From Phoronis australis (Eukaryota; Animalia; Phoronida): a stretch of DNA of 64,000 bases. The translations under genes were made by a program, and so were the position numbers. Position 1 is the first letter of the stretch, and each line of letters starts with the position of its first letter. Of this stretch, positions 1-13,602 are shown in pieces. Below the pieces are notes generated by a model. The model ran no database searches and was not told the origin of the DNA. It was given only the letters and a program-made list of their open reading frames with translations. The stretch lies in contig NMRA01000697.1 of the NCBI GenBank assembly GCA_002633005.1, forward strand, positions 124,038-188,037, in the 5' to 3' direction.

Positions 1-693
1 ATAATGCTGAGTGTGAAAAGCTCTTTTGTATCCTCCAATCCAGTGATCCGATCTGGTTGCATTTTGACATCGTTGGTAATTGGAAGGAACGACATCACAT
101 TTTATTATATTGTTACCACAATTAGGATTATAACTGTAATGTTTTATAACTACAAAACCTTAAATAGGACTAGAACGCGAAAAACAGACTAAACTGCATA
201 ATTCAAAATGCTTCTCTGCCATTGAAACAGAATTCGTCCTACTCACCAAATATTTTTTTTGTTTTTTTCGTAAAAAAATTGAATTTCTATTGATGTCAAA
301 GCACGTTTCTTTTAGTTTCAAATTGCTAAAGTACGATATGTCAACAAACTGCTTGTCAGTTCATTGGTTTTTCTCCCACAAAGCAAAACACGTCTTCATA
401 TTTGGTACGGTGTCACGACATAGACGTGTTACAGGGACTTGTTATCGATGACATATGGCGTCACAGTGATGCGTGATTTGTTACAGACTCGTTCGACAGC
501 GTCTTTCTCTCAACAGCTTGAGTAGTGTTCTTGAAGCTCGTGGAATATCGCGAGACCCCCGTTTTGCTAGAAATGTTAATATGTTATGACAAAAATTTGG
601 TTGGTTCCTCGTGCAGCATTGGATTTTGCAGGTTTTCGTCCACACGGTGTTGAGCAAATCAACAACATTGGTATTTGACAAGTGTCATTTCAG

Positions 694-930
694 ACGGCCG
701 TGAATGTAAGTTCATCACGTCCGGCGAGTATTACAATGGAACCATGTCAGTAACAGTGTCGGGAAGGACGTGTCAGAGATGGGATTCACAGACTCCTCAC
801 AACCATGGAGTGGGTAATGCAGACGCACATGAAAACTACTGCAGGAACCCAGACAAGGCAAGGTCGCCATGGTGTTACACAACTGATCCTTCAGTGAGAT
901 GGGAGTTTTGTCCAGTACCATTCTGTTCCG
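694..930 (+). CDS. Gene 1 kringle exon (subtype A), phase 1-1
   Basis: tttcag|ACGGCCGT acceptor and TCCG|gtaagt donor; 237 nt. Encodes [59 protein letters not shown], a canonical 6-Cys kringle. Confidence 0.93.
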
Positions 931-1115
931 GTAAGTGAATAATAACAAACGTTAAGGTTATCTCAAACCTTATTATTATCAGACATTATAAAAACATGCT
1001 TTATATTGATGTGACTTAATCAGTATTGCACCTTTTTGAATCAAAATGTCATCAAATCCAAACAGCGCTCAATTTGAGAACGCTAAAAACACTTAAACAT
1101 GCTTTTGAAACAGAC

Positions 1116-1368
1116 CAGGGGCCGTTCCAAGAAAATGACTTAAGTTCACTTTTGACTTAAGTTTAAGATTCGTCTTAACTTCCGAACTTTGAGACTTCCG
1201 CATTCGGTAAGTTAGTCAAAATTAAGACAAAACTTACGCCAAACACTTAAGTCAAACTTAAGATCTCTTTCTTGAATTGGTTTTGAGACAAACTTACCTT
1301 TTATTTTAAAATTTACTAAACTTTAAGATTTGTCTTAGCTAAGTCAGTTTTGTTGGAACGGGACACTG
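1116..1368. mobile_element. MITE, probably PIF/Harbinger-derived
   Basis: Imperfect TIRs caggggccgttccaagaaaatgactta ... taagtcagttttgttggaacgggacactg; interior rich in CTTAAG motifs; no ORF. Confidence 0.65.
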
Positions 1369-2377
1369 CTTCTCAGCCACAGTACTTAAAAACAAGACTC
1401 ATTCATTTATCAAAATAAGCCCTTGGTAGATTTTAATGAAATCTTTTTCAAATGTAAATTTAGCAATTTACCTCAAAAACATTGTTAGGAATTTTCAATT
1501 ACTCATTTAGTGTTGTGTCTAAGCCAAATTAAGTTACAAAGCGTCAGGTATTTTTGTCAAAACATTACACATATCTTACATTGAAAAGGAAAATCCTAAA
1601 AGTGTTTCTGACATTAATGAATAAATAATTAAATATTTGCTGGAAAGTTTCAGTGAAATTCACCCAGTCGTTTTCGAGAACTCGAGTTCCGAGAAAAAAC
1701 GGACGTTGCGAGTCTTCAAAATCTGACGGTTATCGTTAAATTGTTCGGCGAAAACTTGTTTTCGGTCAATATAACTTACATATGCTTTGATCATGTTCGT
1801 TATTTCAACAGTCATCGAATTTGTAGTGCATAATCAATATAACTATCACTAAAGCCTTTCACTTTATTGAGTTGGATCAAGCCCGAGTCAACCGTTTACT
1901 GTTCATTGTTACTCACAACACGCGCCGGGAGACGCGAAATGAATGGCACCAATCGCGTCGGTGATCACGAGATCGAAACAGCAAAATTTCAAATTACCGA
2001 TCAAATTAATGAGTTTGGTGAAAATAACTTGCTGTGATCGTGAACACAAAGTCACGGAGGTCAGACTCGGTGCATTTGTTTACACTGAATGATCCATGCA
2101 TGCAGAGAACAACACCCTCAGGATCCAAACTACGTTTTGTCTTCGTTTTTCCCGGCGTCTTTGTGTCCTATGTACAGTTCGCCGACTCAATATCAAGGCG
2201 ACTCGGTGAATAAAAGTACTGAGGGTACATGTTTTTTAATTTGTGGCCTCAAAACACTAAAATTAAATTGGCCCCCTAAAGTGGCCATACAAGTGGTTTT
2301 CTAGGCCTCCTGTAGAGTACGGCCCATGGCCTACATATGAAACTGCTCTGTGCCTAGCGGGAGACTCGATTTGAGTG

Positions 2378-3400
2378 ACAAGCCTGTAACCTTTAACCTC
2401 GGATAAGTAGTAAACAAATTTCCACGCGGTTGTGCGTTTCCAAGATAATTCTGCTAAATCTTTTATTCTCCCTATACGCTATACATTCCATATTTGAAGT
2501 TCCTCGACAAAAAAGGAAAGGATTTTTAATAAAAATGTGAAATATTGTAAAAATAGCCATTTTTGTGAATAAGGTTTGAGATATCCCTAACCAACAAATA
2601 CGAAAGAATCCTTGCTTATTCAGATGTAATAAGGTTGAGATATCCCTAACCAACAAATACGAAAGAATACTTGCTTATTCAGATGCAAATGCTCAAGTAA
2701 ATTTGTGAAACAAAAAGATATTTGAATTGGACGCACACGCACGTGTGTCTTTTGTACATTACAAAAGCACAACCAGTTCTTTCGTACATTCAATTATTAG
2801 CGTTCGTATCTGGCGTAATAGCCACCATTATATAGAAACATAGATTTTTGTACATATGTTCACCAACCATATGGAGAACGTTTTCANACAAGCCTGTAAC
2901 CTTTAACCTCGGATAAGTAGTAAACAAATTTCCACGCGGTTGTGCGTTTCCAAGATAATTCTGCTAAATCTTTTATTCTCCCTATACGCTATACATTCCA
3001 TATTTGAAGTTCCTCGACAAAAAAGGAAAGGATTTTTAATAAAAATGTGAAATATTGTAAAAATAGCCATTTTTGTGAATAAGGTTTGAGATATCCCTAA
3101 CCAACAAATACGAAAGAATCCTTGCTTATTCAGATGCAATAAGGTTTGAGATATCCCTAACCAACAAATACGAAAGAATACTTGCTTATTCAGATGCAAA
3201 TGCTCAAGAAAATTTGTGAAACAAAATGATATTTGAATTGGACGCACACGCACGTGTGTCTTTTGTACATTACAAAAGCACAACCAGTTCTTTCGTACAT
3301 TCAATTATTAGCGTTCGTATCTGGCGTCATAGCCACCATTATATAGAAACATAGATTTTTGTACATATGTTCACCAACCACATGGAGAACGTTTTCACAG
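2378..3400. repeat. Near-identical ~510 bp tandem duplication joined by a single N (likely assembly artefact)
   Basis: 2378-2886 is repeated at 2888-3400 with few mismatches; N at 2887. Confidence 0.75.
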
Positions 3401-3734
3401 CTTTCTTCAAATGATAGTTTTTCATATAGCCACTGGGCTCCTATCGACAGCACTGTAAGTGTCTTTGGATTGAGGGATGCGTCGTTATGGTTGAACACAG
3501 CTGGGGGGNGGGGGGGGGTAATTAAGTAAATGCCACTTCCAATTATCTCGTTCAATTTGCTAGATACTAAATTGATCAGAACAGGTTTTTTAGTTTCAGC
3601 CTTTCAAAATCGTTGAAAGCATATTTTTCTCCAAAATACTAAGTCAAATGTCAGTGGAGCGTTTAAAGCAATGAACTCATCAAGACGGCTTTTCAGTCGA
3701 TCAGCTTCTAGGGCTCTCTCTGTGACGTTTGTAG

Positions 3735-3971
3735 ACCGTCATGATTGCAAAGAAGATTCTCTCGGACTTACTTATAATGGAACAGTTAATGTAACCATTC
3801 CTGGCATACCTTGTCAAAGGTGGAATACGCATCACCCGCACACCCAGGTTACTTTTAACGGACTTCACGAAAACTTCTGCCGAAATGTGGGGACTGGAAA
3901 CAAAGCTCCTTGGTGCTACACTACTGATCCCGCCCTGAGATGGCATTACTGCAAGGTTGCATTATGTTCAG
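3735..3971 (+). CDS. Gene 1 kringle exon (subtype B), phase 1-1
   Basis: ttgtag|ACCGTCAT acceptor and TCAG|gtaagc donor; 237 nt. Encodes [54 protein letters not shown]. Confidence 0.92.
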
Positions 3972-4159
3972 GTAAGCATAGATTTCTCTGACCACAATGT
4001 TAATCGCTTGAAAATGATTAAAAATGAAATAAAACGTGTTAACCTGTACCATAATGCACGACACTGTAGACATTCATATTCAGGCCACTAATCAGTTGCA
4101 TACGGCAACGCTTTGACTAAAAACTACACCGGTTTCGCCGGTGAGCTCAAAATCAAAAC

Positions 4160-4690
4160 AAGACAAATCAAGTCAATTTATTTATAGTCGGTTTAAGTAA
4201 AACAAGAGAAAACATTAGCCACAGGCTAGTATACCGACAAGTAAATACACAAGTTATAAAATAAATGAATATGAAATTAAAACAAATATTTAAAATACTA
4301 TATACAAGATTAACAAGATTATACTATTAGCACCATAAAAGAGATTATGCTCGAAACAAGAAATCACAGGCTGTGCACTTGCAGGGAGGTTCAGTCCATG
4401 TGTTTGCATATTGCACAAATGTCTTTAGATGTAAGTTCGATCTAACCTTCTTTGGTAAACAGTTCCAAAAATTAGAGCCATAGGCTCTGTAAGATCGCAG
4501 ACCATAACGAGTGGTTCTGCAATGTGGAATGTTTGTCCTGTTGGATGATCTCAAGTTATATGGGGTCCTGCGAATTTTGAGAAGGTTCCACAGAAATGGG
4601 GGTGACAAGTGATTCAAAATTTTAAAACCTTCTTTTAGAATCATTCTCTGTCTACCAAGCTCAAGAGCAGCCAGAGGGGATATAACAAAA
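4160..4690 (-). mobile_element. 5'-truncated LINE 3' end (CR1/L2/Crack group)
   Basis: ORF2 C-terminus YNLRS..IPHCRTTRYGLRSYRAYGSNFWNCLP..WTEPPCKCTAC, followed by an AT-rich 3' UTR. Confidence 0.75.
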
Positions 4691-4910
4691 GCACTAACTT
4701 TCTCGGTGTTCGAACAAAGTGTTGACTCTTGAAGGTGAGGTGCTTCGGAACTGCGGTGCATTTGCACCTATAATGAGCAACTCTGCACGTGGATTTTGGT
4801 CGAAAAATGATCTTTAATATTACTGAAGCTAAAACTGGTTGTCGGGTGGATTTATTTTGGGTTGTATGATACAAGATTTCAACCTTTTTACACCAGTTTT
4901 CATGTTACAG

Positions 4911-5230
4911 AGATGACGAAATCCTCTCAGCCGAAAGTGACAAGCAGAAGGGCACCGCCATTTGCAATGACAGATTGCACTGCTCTTCAACCAAGACTCA
5001 CCGAAGACAATGAATGTTTGAACTCTTGGCACGTTAAAACGTACGCTCTAACTATCTATAATAACTTCGTGGTTGTTAAAAGCTTTTCAGGGAACGTTCG
5101 AATGATTGACTTTAACACTGCCCGTCACACGGTCGCCTGTTTGCTCCATTGTAAAGCAAGTGATATGTGCGAAGTTGTCACTTACTCAGAATGTACCAAA
5201 ATGTGTATTACGTTTGTTTACATTGAATAA
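4911..5230 (+). CDS. Gene 1 terminal exon: S/T/P-rich linker plus PAN/apple-like domain
   Basis: gttacag|AGATG phase-1 acceptor matches the upstream kringle donors. Encodes ACLLHCKASDMCEVVTYSECTKMCITF (C-x3-C-x5-C...C, PAN-like core); TAA at 5228-5230; paralogous to 40403-40677. Confidence 0.72.
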
Positions 5231-6572
5231 ATCTGAACAGTGCTCAGTGCTATCTTATTTAACTAACAACACAACAAAATTTATGTCTAACTTAGAATGC
5301 GGGATTAATGTTTCTCAAACCGCAGTAAATTTTCAACTTAAACCAAAGGCGCTTGAATCTAACTGATCATCACCTCAACCAGCAAGTAATATTATATTGG
5401 ATTTAGGTATTTAGGTGTGAGGTCACAACAGTATTTGTAATAATAATAACGATGATGGTGGCGGTGACGGTGATGGTGACTGTAAGATGATGATAATGAT
5501 GGAGCCAGGTAACGCTGGTTAGGTCTCGAGCATTAACGCGACTCTTTCACAGTTTAGACGTAAACCAGAGACATTTATAATTACGCAACCTATTTTAGGT
5601 AGGAAAATGCATCTTAAGGGTTATTTGGGTGGGGTTGACTTCTTTTTGTAGAATCCATTCAGTCATGACGTCGTTCTGTCGAGATTTCATTGTGAATTAC
5701 CGATTCCTTACGAAGCCTTTCAGTGAAAGCTGGACGGCAACCTCGTCAACTATTGGGGTGCTCGATAGGAACTCAAAAGAGCCGAAGAGCCGAAGCACAC
5801 GGGGGGACTGCTCTGTGAGTTGAACATTTCGAGAAATGCCGACGAATCTCGTTCGTGATAGATAGCCGGATCTGATTGCATTCGTCTCACTCATTCGATT
5901 GATTTTAAGCTTAAACCTAAGATTCGGTTTACAATCGCTCGCGGTCAGCAAATCAGCGTCATAATCATACGTAAATTGTATTTTAAAATCCGCTTTAAAA
6001 TCCCTATTGCCTGATAATTATGACTCTTAACCTGTGTAGTCTGTGTGAGGTGTAAATACTACTACAGTAATATGCTGTTGAACACCATGCTTGATACATG
6101 CCGAGCAATGTGCGCTTGAGAGTAAGGCTGTACCTTGAGGTCACGTGGTTAAACAGCCAGGGAGTGAAGGGTCTCTAGACTCGCAGAGTTTTGCTAAAAC
6201 ATAGAAAATGAGAAAGATTTTTACACAAATAAAGCGATGTATTCTTGATGAAAAAGCTCTTAACATTTAATGAAATTTTGTCTAAGATAAGGTTGTTCAA
6301 TTCTTTCCTACTTTGCACATTTTGTTCATGCTTTAGTGTCAACACTGATTTAAAAAATTGGTCTCAATTTATTAGGGAAAATATATTTTAATACCTGACA
6401 AAAACTAACAATACATGCCTATGTTGTCTAAATATAAAAATTCAGCTGCGCAAACGGGGGGAGGAGTGTAGTGAATTGTAGTCAGTGAGCTGAATGTCGG
6501 CGATGGGAAAATATTGCAGTGTTAGGAGCATGATGCAGTATTTTTCACTCTGTCACATGAATGTCACTCATT

Positions 6573-7000
6573 CAAGGCCCGGGTAGCTAATTTATGTGCT
6601 CGGCGGAGCACAGATGTCCGCGCACGGCAGGCCAGGCGGTCCGGCTCCGCCGGGTAGCAGCTTATGCGAATGTTTCTGTCTGAGTGGGAATTATTCCTTT
6701 TACTTTAAACTTATTAATACTTATATTATAACATTTGGTACCACAGCAAGTTTTATGACTGAAATTTATTTTGCCACCAAATGGCATTGTGTCGTTCTTT
6801 GTTGACAGTCAGCCGCCGGCCGTAACGGAAGTCGCGGCAGACCACCGCCGGTATCTTAGTTTCCATCTAAATTCATTCTCTATATTTTATTCAATTATTT
6901 CAATATTACACGTTCGTTGTTCTGTTTATACTGTTTGTTTACCAGTGTTAATTTCAACCAGTAAAACACGCTTAGCCTAGCCCGCCATAGTCGGGCCTTG
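6573..7000. mobile_element. Possible hAT-like MITE
   Basis: 9-bp inverted termini CAAGGCCCG...CGGGCCTTG; no matching TSD seen. Confidence 0.35.
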
Positions 7001-7066
7001 TTATTCAATAGTTGGCACAAGATTGTGACTAGTCCGTAATTTTATGCAAGTGTCTGAAACTATCTT

Positions 7067-7069
<3 letters not shown>

Positions 7070-7116
<47 letters not shown>

Positions 7117-7135
7117 NNNNNNNNNNNNNNNNNNN

Positions 7136-7173
<38 letters not shown>

Positions 7174-7467
7174 NNNNNNNNNNNNNNNNNNNNNNNNNNN
7201 NNNNNNNNNNNNNNNNNNNNNNNNNNNNNNNNNNNNNNNNNNNNNNNNNNNNNNNNNNNNNNNNNNNNNNNNNNNNNNNNNNNNNNNNNNNNNNNNNNNN
7301 NNNNNNNNNNNNNNNNNNNNNNNNNNNNNNNNNNNNNNNNNNNNNNNNNNNNNNNNNNNNNNNNNNNNNNNNNNNNNNNNNNNNNNNNNNNNNNNNNNNN
7401 NNNNNNNNNNNNNNNNNNNNNNNNNNNNNNNNNNNNNNNNNNNNNNNNNNNNNNNNNNNNNNNNNNN
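7070..7467. repeat. (TA)n microsatellite running into an assembly gap
   Basis: TA repeats 7070-7173 with a short internal N run, then Ns 7174-7467. Confidence 0.95.
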
Positions 7468-7899
7468 AAACTCTTCAAATATGACATAAGCAATGAATGT
7501 GCAAAGCAGCCGATACCCCGCCGTTCACGTCACTGACACATCAGCCAATCAGCGATCGCTTTCAGAATTCAGTGTTTTGACCATGAATACGAATTGGCTT
7601 TTGTTTGGCGCGCAAGTCAGGCAAATGTAAGTTTTATTTGTATGTTAGAACCGATTAACTACAACATTATTTTGACTACAGTCCCCTTTTAATCCTATAA
7701 AACAGCCGGAGACGGCATACCTTTGCCCTTCGCCAGTGCAGTAGTCCTGATTGGTCCGCACCGGGTCAGTCGGCTGCAGGTCCGACTCCGGCAAAATAAT
7801 TTTTGTCAAAATTTATTGTGACACATTTGGTCACCAATTTCAGTACAGATTGTCCCTATTTTGTTTTTTTAAGGTTAAGGTCTGCTGTCGATTATTTTA

Positions 7900-9400
7900 T
7901 CCCCGTTTGCAGACTGGTATGCTCCAGTCACACAGCCGACGTTCTGAACCTGAATTCCTGAATGAATTGATTAAGACTCAGAAGATGGGGGCGGTAAGAG
8001 ACACAGAAGTTTTAAACCCTGGTAGAACGAGGTCTTATCAAGCAAGTACGAAACAGTAAGGAAGTCAGAGAGGGTCTGAATGAGGTAAAGGGGGAAGGAT
8101 AAGGCTTTTGTTCGTACACTAAGACTTGAGTTTCAAAGAGAAAAAATGTTTTATGTTGACGGTCCAGTTTTACAAACGTAAGCGATGGGTTAAAGAGCGC
8201 TTGTTAAGTCTAGTAAGAGCTCAACATTGACATATATGTAAAGGAGCTATATAAGGCTTTAGATCACGTGAGGAGGGGAAAGGCTCTGGGTCTAGATAAT
8301 GTCCCCAATGAGTTACAGAGTAACAAAAATATCAAGCCATGCCTTCTTACATTTTAACAAATGGTTTAAATTGGGAGTTGTACCTAATGGCTGGGAGTTA
8401 GGAATTAATTAACCCCATTGAGGAAGGGGATGAAAGTACACCAGAAAAAACACGTTTCAGGGGAATAACACTGCTGAGTCATGTTTGTAAAGTTTACAGC
8501 TACATTTTGAGCAACAGGTTAGGCACATGGTTAGAGGAAAACAAATCATTTCGGAGGTGCAGAACGGTTTCAGACAGTCACGTAATTGTTTCGATCACAT
8601 TCATTTTTTTCTCTGACCTCCGTAATTGAAAACAAAATACAAACAAGGCAGTCACTGTTTGTGTCTTTCGTTGACTTAAAGAAGGCGTTCGATTCATTAG
8701 ACAGGAAAAGTTTTGGTTTAAGGTAGCGAGGTTAGGGGTCAGAGGGAGAACGTACTATGCGTTGAAACCTTATATAATATATCTTGCTGTGTAAGGGTTC
8801 AAGGTTGTTTTTTGTCTGACTCCTAAGCTTAATGTTAGAGGGGTCAAACAGGATTAACTTTTGTCACCAATCTATTTAGTATTTTGTCAATGACTTGGCG
8901 GATGAAAGGAAGAGGCCACACTGTGGTATTATGGTAAATAACGGTAGAGTTCACACCTTTATGTATACGGATGACATTGCTTTGATAGCCAATAATGTGA
9001 GTGAAAAGCTTGCCGAGAAAAAATTTGAGTAGCACTGCGAATTGCCATTGACTTGTTAAAAGTTAGTTACAAAGTGTTAGAGGTTATCTCAGGGAGAATC
9101 ATATGAGTGGATTATTGAATATAGGAACACTAGCAAACTGGACGCAGTATAAGCTCATGATATATGAATAAATTGCTGTGGTTGAGCAAAATTAGAAATG
9201 GCCACGGTATATGATCGGAGTCAGGAAACAAACGTAGGCTACACAGAAATTTCAAAACAAATCTGAGTGTTGAAACATATATATGTTCTAACCCAAGCCG
9301 CAAGGACCGAAGCGTTGTGGCTGCTTTCAGGTCAGGTACTGCCCCCATTGGGGTTGTGGCCTGAGGTATGAAGATACAGGGAGAAAAACTTTTCTTCATC
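7900..9400 (+). mobile_element. Heavily decayed RTEX/RTE-like LINE ORF2
   Basis: Frameshifted motifs FRGITLLSHVCKVYSYILSNRL, EVQNGFRQSRNCFDHI, FVDLKKAFDS, YTDDIAL; same type as 30877-35262. Confidence 0.75.
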
Positions 9401-9591
9401 ACTGAAAGTTGTAAAATTGAAGTTCAATCGATTTAACAAATCTAAACTAAGGTCAAGATAAGCTGGGCACTGCATTAAAACATGAATGTCGTCTTCAACT
9501 ACGTCACACTGGCACTGGTTATCTAAAAACGTGAGATATTTGCGATTGATTGCCAGGACTTGCCATTTAATTTTACAAAAAACGGGAAATA

Positions 9592-10436
9592 AGAAAAGTA
9601 ATGTTCATATCAATAGCTTTTACAGTAGTGATTTTATAGTGGTCTCTAACGTGTCTGGAAAGAAACTGATTCTGTTTTTTGCCTTGTGCACGTACTTTTG
9701 AAAGGAGTCATAAATAAAGTGAATCTTATCTTATCTAAGGCTATGCCACGTGGGAAATTACAATAGTATATTTTTATTGGTATACAGAACAAATATACAA
9801 AGACATATAAGACAAAAAATCAAGCCATTCTCACTCTTAACACACACACGCACCCTCCCCCCTCAACATACCCACCCACTTTTAGTGGGATGTTGTCAGG
9901 CAAAAGTTATGGTTAACCAGATTCTCCAGGTTGCATGGTACTCATCTAAATTACCATTATTTAATAAAATTCGTCTTTGTATATAAAATTCTCTTTCCAA
10001 TATCATAAGGAAATGACCGANGAAAAGTAATGTTCATATCAATAGCTTTTACAGTAGTGATTTTATAGTGGTCTCTAACGTGTCTGGAAAGAAACTGATT
10101 CTGTTTTTTGCCTTGTGCACGTACTTTTGAAAGGAGTCATAAATAAAGTGAATCTTATCTTATCTAAGGCTATGCCACGTGGGAAATTACAATAGTATAT
10201 TTTTATTGGTATACAGAACAAATATACAAAGACATATAAGACAAAAAATCAAGCCATTCTCACTCTTAACACACACACGCACCCTCCCCCCTCAACATAC
10301 CCACCCACTTTTAGTGGGATGTTGTCAGGCAAAAGTTATGGTTAACCAGATTCTCCAGGTTGCATGGTACTCATCTAAATTACCATTATTTAATAAAATT
10401 CGTCTTTGAATATAAAATTCTCTTTCCAATATCATG
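9592..10436. repeat. Near-identical ~430 bp tandem duplication joined by a single N (likely assembly artefact)
   Basis: 9592-10020 is repeated at 10022-10436; N at 10021. Confidence 0.75.
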
Positions 10437-12075
10437 ACCGAAACTGGGGATTATTTTTTACACCTAGATACGTAAATAAAATGGTTTAAATGCAAAAGTA
10501 TACAATTTAAAACTTTATTTTCATTACTTATGGGCATGCCAAAAGTCATTGTTTTTGTTAATAACCATATTTATACCTTTTACCAACAACACCCAACTGC
10601 GTAATTCTCCTATCAGTATTTTTATATTATTGCATTAGAAAAAGATGTGATCTGCTGTTTCACTTTGTGAATGACAGGAAGTACATACATCAGAGTCCAC
10701 CAAGTTAATGTTTTTAAGAAAAAGAGTTCGTTACAAGTATTCTATGCAATAGTTTAAACTGCAGTGTACATAACTTGAAATCAGAAGTTGTTTTAAAAGA
10801 CAATGAATATAATTTTTTCCAGTCATCACTTCGAAAGCTATAACCTTCTTCTTTAAATCTTTTTGAGCAATGGGCAAAATTTTGTTCTGGCAAACAATTT
10901 CATATACCATTTAACATATTGACGTGCAGTTTAAAAATATGGATATTAAAAGGTATTATTGGTCCATATGTCTTAATTAACTGCATTTGTAAGAGTGTTC
11001 TCCTCAGAAACGACCTAATAGACTAAATCAGAGAGCAATATTCCAAAAAGTGTGTAGATATATTCGAGATCCTTTAAAATACAGTAAATGAGTAAAACAT
11101 GATATTTTCATCAAGTAAGTCATTAATAAAAATAACACCACCACTTGCATACTTGCTAAAGAAGATCGATTTTCTATCTATTAGTATTTCATCATTATGC
11201 CATAAATTGTTGAGAGTAAATCATTCGCATCTTTATGGGGCTGTGTACTTATGAAAAAAGACCTGTACCTTAGAACTTCGTTCCAAAAAGGATTGATTAC
11301 TTCAGTATGACATTTAATAAAATCATTTCCAAAATTCATAATGTTTGACTTCGCAATCCCTGTTTCAAGTTCAAGTAATATCACCCATGTTGATTCAGAG
11401 GTAAGTTGTTTCTTTATCCATGAAATTTTTATAGCCATGTTAAAAAGAATTATATTCAGCATTTTCTCTCCCCCTTCCTCATAAGTTTTAATTGATACAT
11501 CTGTCTTCACTCTCTCAACTTTGTTATTCCAAATAAACTTAAAAATGCCTGCGTTCAATTCATTCATAATTATGTCTGATGGAGTAGGTAGGGCTGTCAT
11601 TATGTGAATAATTTTTGGCACCATCAAGGTCTTTACCACCCTTACTTTCCCAAAAAAGAGATTTTTCTTCTGGACCAAATTTTGACAAGATTATTGATTT
11701 CATCAATCCTCTCATTGTACAAATCCAAAAATAGTTCATCATTTATAACAAAACGAATCACACTGTTCGAAATTTGAATTTTGTCTAAAGGTACATGTAT
11801 ACTGGGACGGCATTATGCTTTTTGACATTAGCTTTTGTATGTTGAACGATGTCCACATAGTCCTTGTCATTTAAAAGTGAACTGTTAAATGTCCAGAGTC
11901 CTTTACCTCTCCTAATTTCTCTAAATTTTAGGCTTGACAAGACCCTAGAATGATCTGATCTATAACTTTGGACACAATGCATCAAAGTTTTGGAAACCAG
12001 AAAAACGTCAAGCCTAACCTGCTTAATTTGATTTTTTCTTCGCCAAGTGAATCTTCTCTTTGAAGGAAAAATACA
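9770..12075 (-). mobile_element. L1/Tx1-clade LINE, 3' part (end of endonuclease plus post-RT region, RT core deleted)
   Basis: RFTWRRK..RLDVFLVS..SDHS..GKGLWTFNSSLL (APE end) directly abuts VKTLMVPKIIHIMTALPTP..FKFIWNNK..EEGG, typical of L1/Tx1 ORF2. Confidence 0.8.
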
Positions 12076-13270
12076 CACATTTACGATACCTAATATGTAA
12101 TTGAGTATCGGATACTAAGTGGCACAGGTTAGCATAGTACCAAATGGGTACATAATACCGAATGGCTATTGGCCAATTGCCTACCAAGTGGGTCGAGCAA
12201 AACGGCAAATTTAATAACAAGTACCAAATGGGTACAAACTGTCAAATGGGCAAATATTATTTATAAAGTACCAAGTGGGTACACCAAACCGCCAACTGAG
12301 CTATCAAAACCTGCTAAGCAAGTTCCGGACAAGCTGAGTGAGCAGACCAGCCGGGGGGATAAAAAGATATTGTAAGGAACATGGTGTTGTGGCTCAGAAT
12401 GTGCTGAGAGCTGTGACTTGGGTGGAGAAAGGCAAGATGCTGTGATGGACGCTCGAGTACAGGTCTGGTCGCTAGCCAATAACGTCTTTTCTTGCTTGAC
12501 GGTAACACGCTTCGGGCTTGAAGGAGGTACCCGCAGTGACTACAATAACAACAATAATCAACAGCAGATTTTGTTCGACAAAAGCAAAGGAGGGTGGGAA
12601 ATTTATAAAATTGAATTGAGATATTGTGGAACCCAGGGTAGCGAGGGTGAGAGAGGTATCAAATTGTATAATTGGGAAAACTTACAAGTTAATGCAGTGT
12701 TGCTTGAGGCTAGACCAACAGGAAGCTGGAGAGAAAGAACAAACAGCACTACCACCGGACTAGGTATGAACTAACTAGGAGTTGGATATGAATCATGAAG
12801 GGCTGTAGAATGTTATTTGCCCAAATAATAGGATTTATTTCAAAGTGCCATAATAAGACAACAAGAATAATATATATTTTAGATTGTATTGGGAATTTCA
12901 GGGTCACAGCACTACAAATGAATATTTCACAGAAGGAACTAGATGGGTTCCTTAATTACAAGAGATAACACACACATTTAAGATACCCAATGTGTAATTG
13001 AATATCGGATACTAAGTGGCACAGGTAAGCATAGTACCAAATAGGTACATAATACCAAATGGGTATTGGCCGATTGCCTACCAAGTAGATCGAGCAAAAC
13101 GGCAAATTCAATAACAAGTACCAACTGCCAAATGGGCAAATATCATATAAAGTATGAAGTGGGTACACCAAACAGCCAACTGGGCTATAACAACATGCAA
13201 AGCAGGTTCCGCACAACCTGAGTGAGCAGATGAGCCGGAGAGACGTGGTGTTGTGGCTCAGTATTTGCCA
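12075..13270. repeat. Local imperfect direct repeats
   Basis: 12075-12410 resembles 12965-13265, and 12700-12855 resembles 15665-15812. Confidence 0.7.
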
Positions 13271-13289
13271 CATGGGCAGGGTTGTTCAT

Positions 13290-13602
13290 TGATGAACAAT
13301 CCTGTCCACCGCCACAACCCGCGTGGGGAGCTGTTAGGGAAACTCTCTGCAAAAGCGCAGAATTGCACTGAGAAAATGGAATGTTTTCTGAAAATAGAAA
13401 GATTGTACAAGCCCGTTTAGTCTAAAGAACAACGGCTGTAGCACTCTGTCTGGTTCACTTGAGTCTCATAGGCTGGTTTAGTGATACCATTTGGCAAATT
13501 TTCGAATGTTTCATCCGCATAACCATAAAGTAAGGCATCAACATTTAACTGGTAGGTAAAGGTTAATATCGAAATGAAGTACAGCATGAACAGCTCAACC
13601 AT
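13290..13602 (-). pseudogene. Fragment of a secreted PAN/apple-like gene (frameshifted)
   Basis: Hydrophobic leader MLYFISILTFTYQLNVDA, then TECYSRCSLD; a +1 shift continues as RACTIFLFSENIPFSQC, giving a C-x3-C..C..FxF..C pattern. Confidence 0.4.

Noticed and set aside
2378-3400. Apparent recent tandem duplication with duplicated ORFs
   Set aside because: The copies are nearly identical and joined by a single N, the usual signature of unmerged contig or haplotype overlaps.
7029-7536. 146-156 aa ORFs
   Set aside because: Translation of (TA)n and N gap.
9592-10436. Second apparent tandem duplication (ORFs 9750 and 10179)
   Set aside because: Same single-N junction; the ORFs are antisense to an L1/Tx1 3' end.
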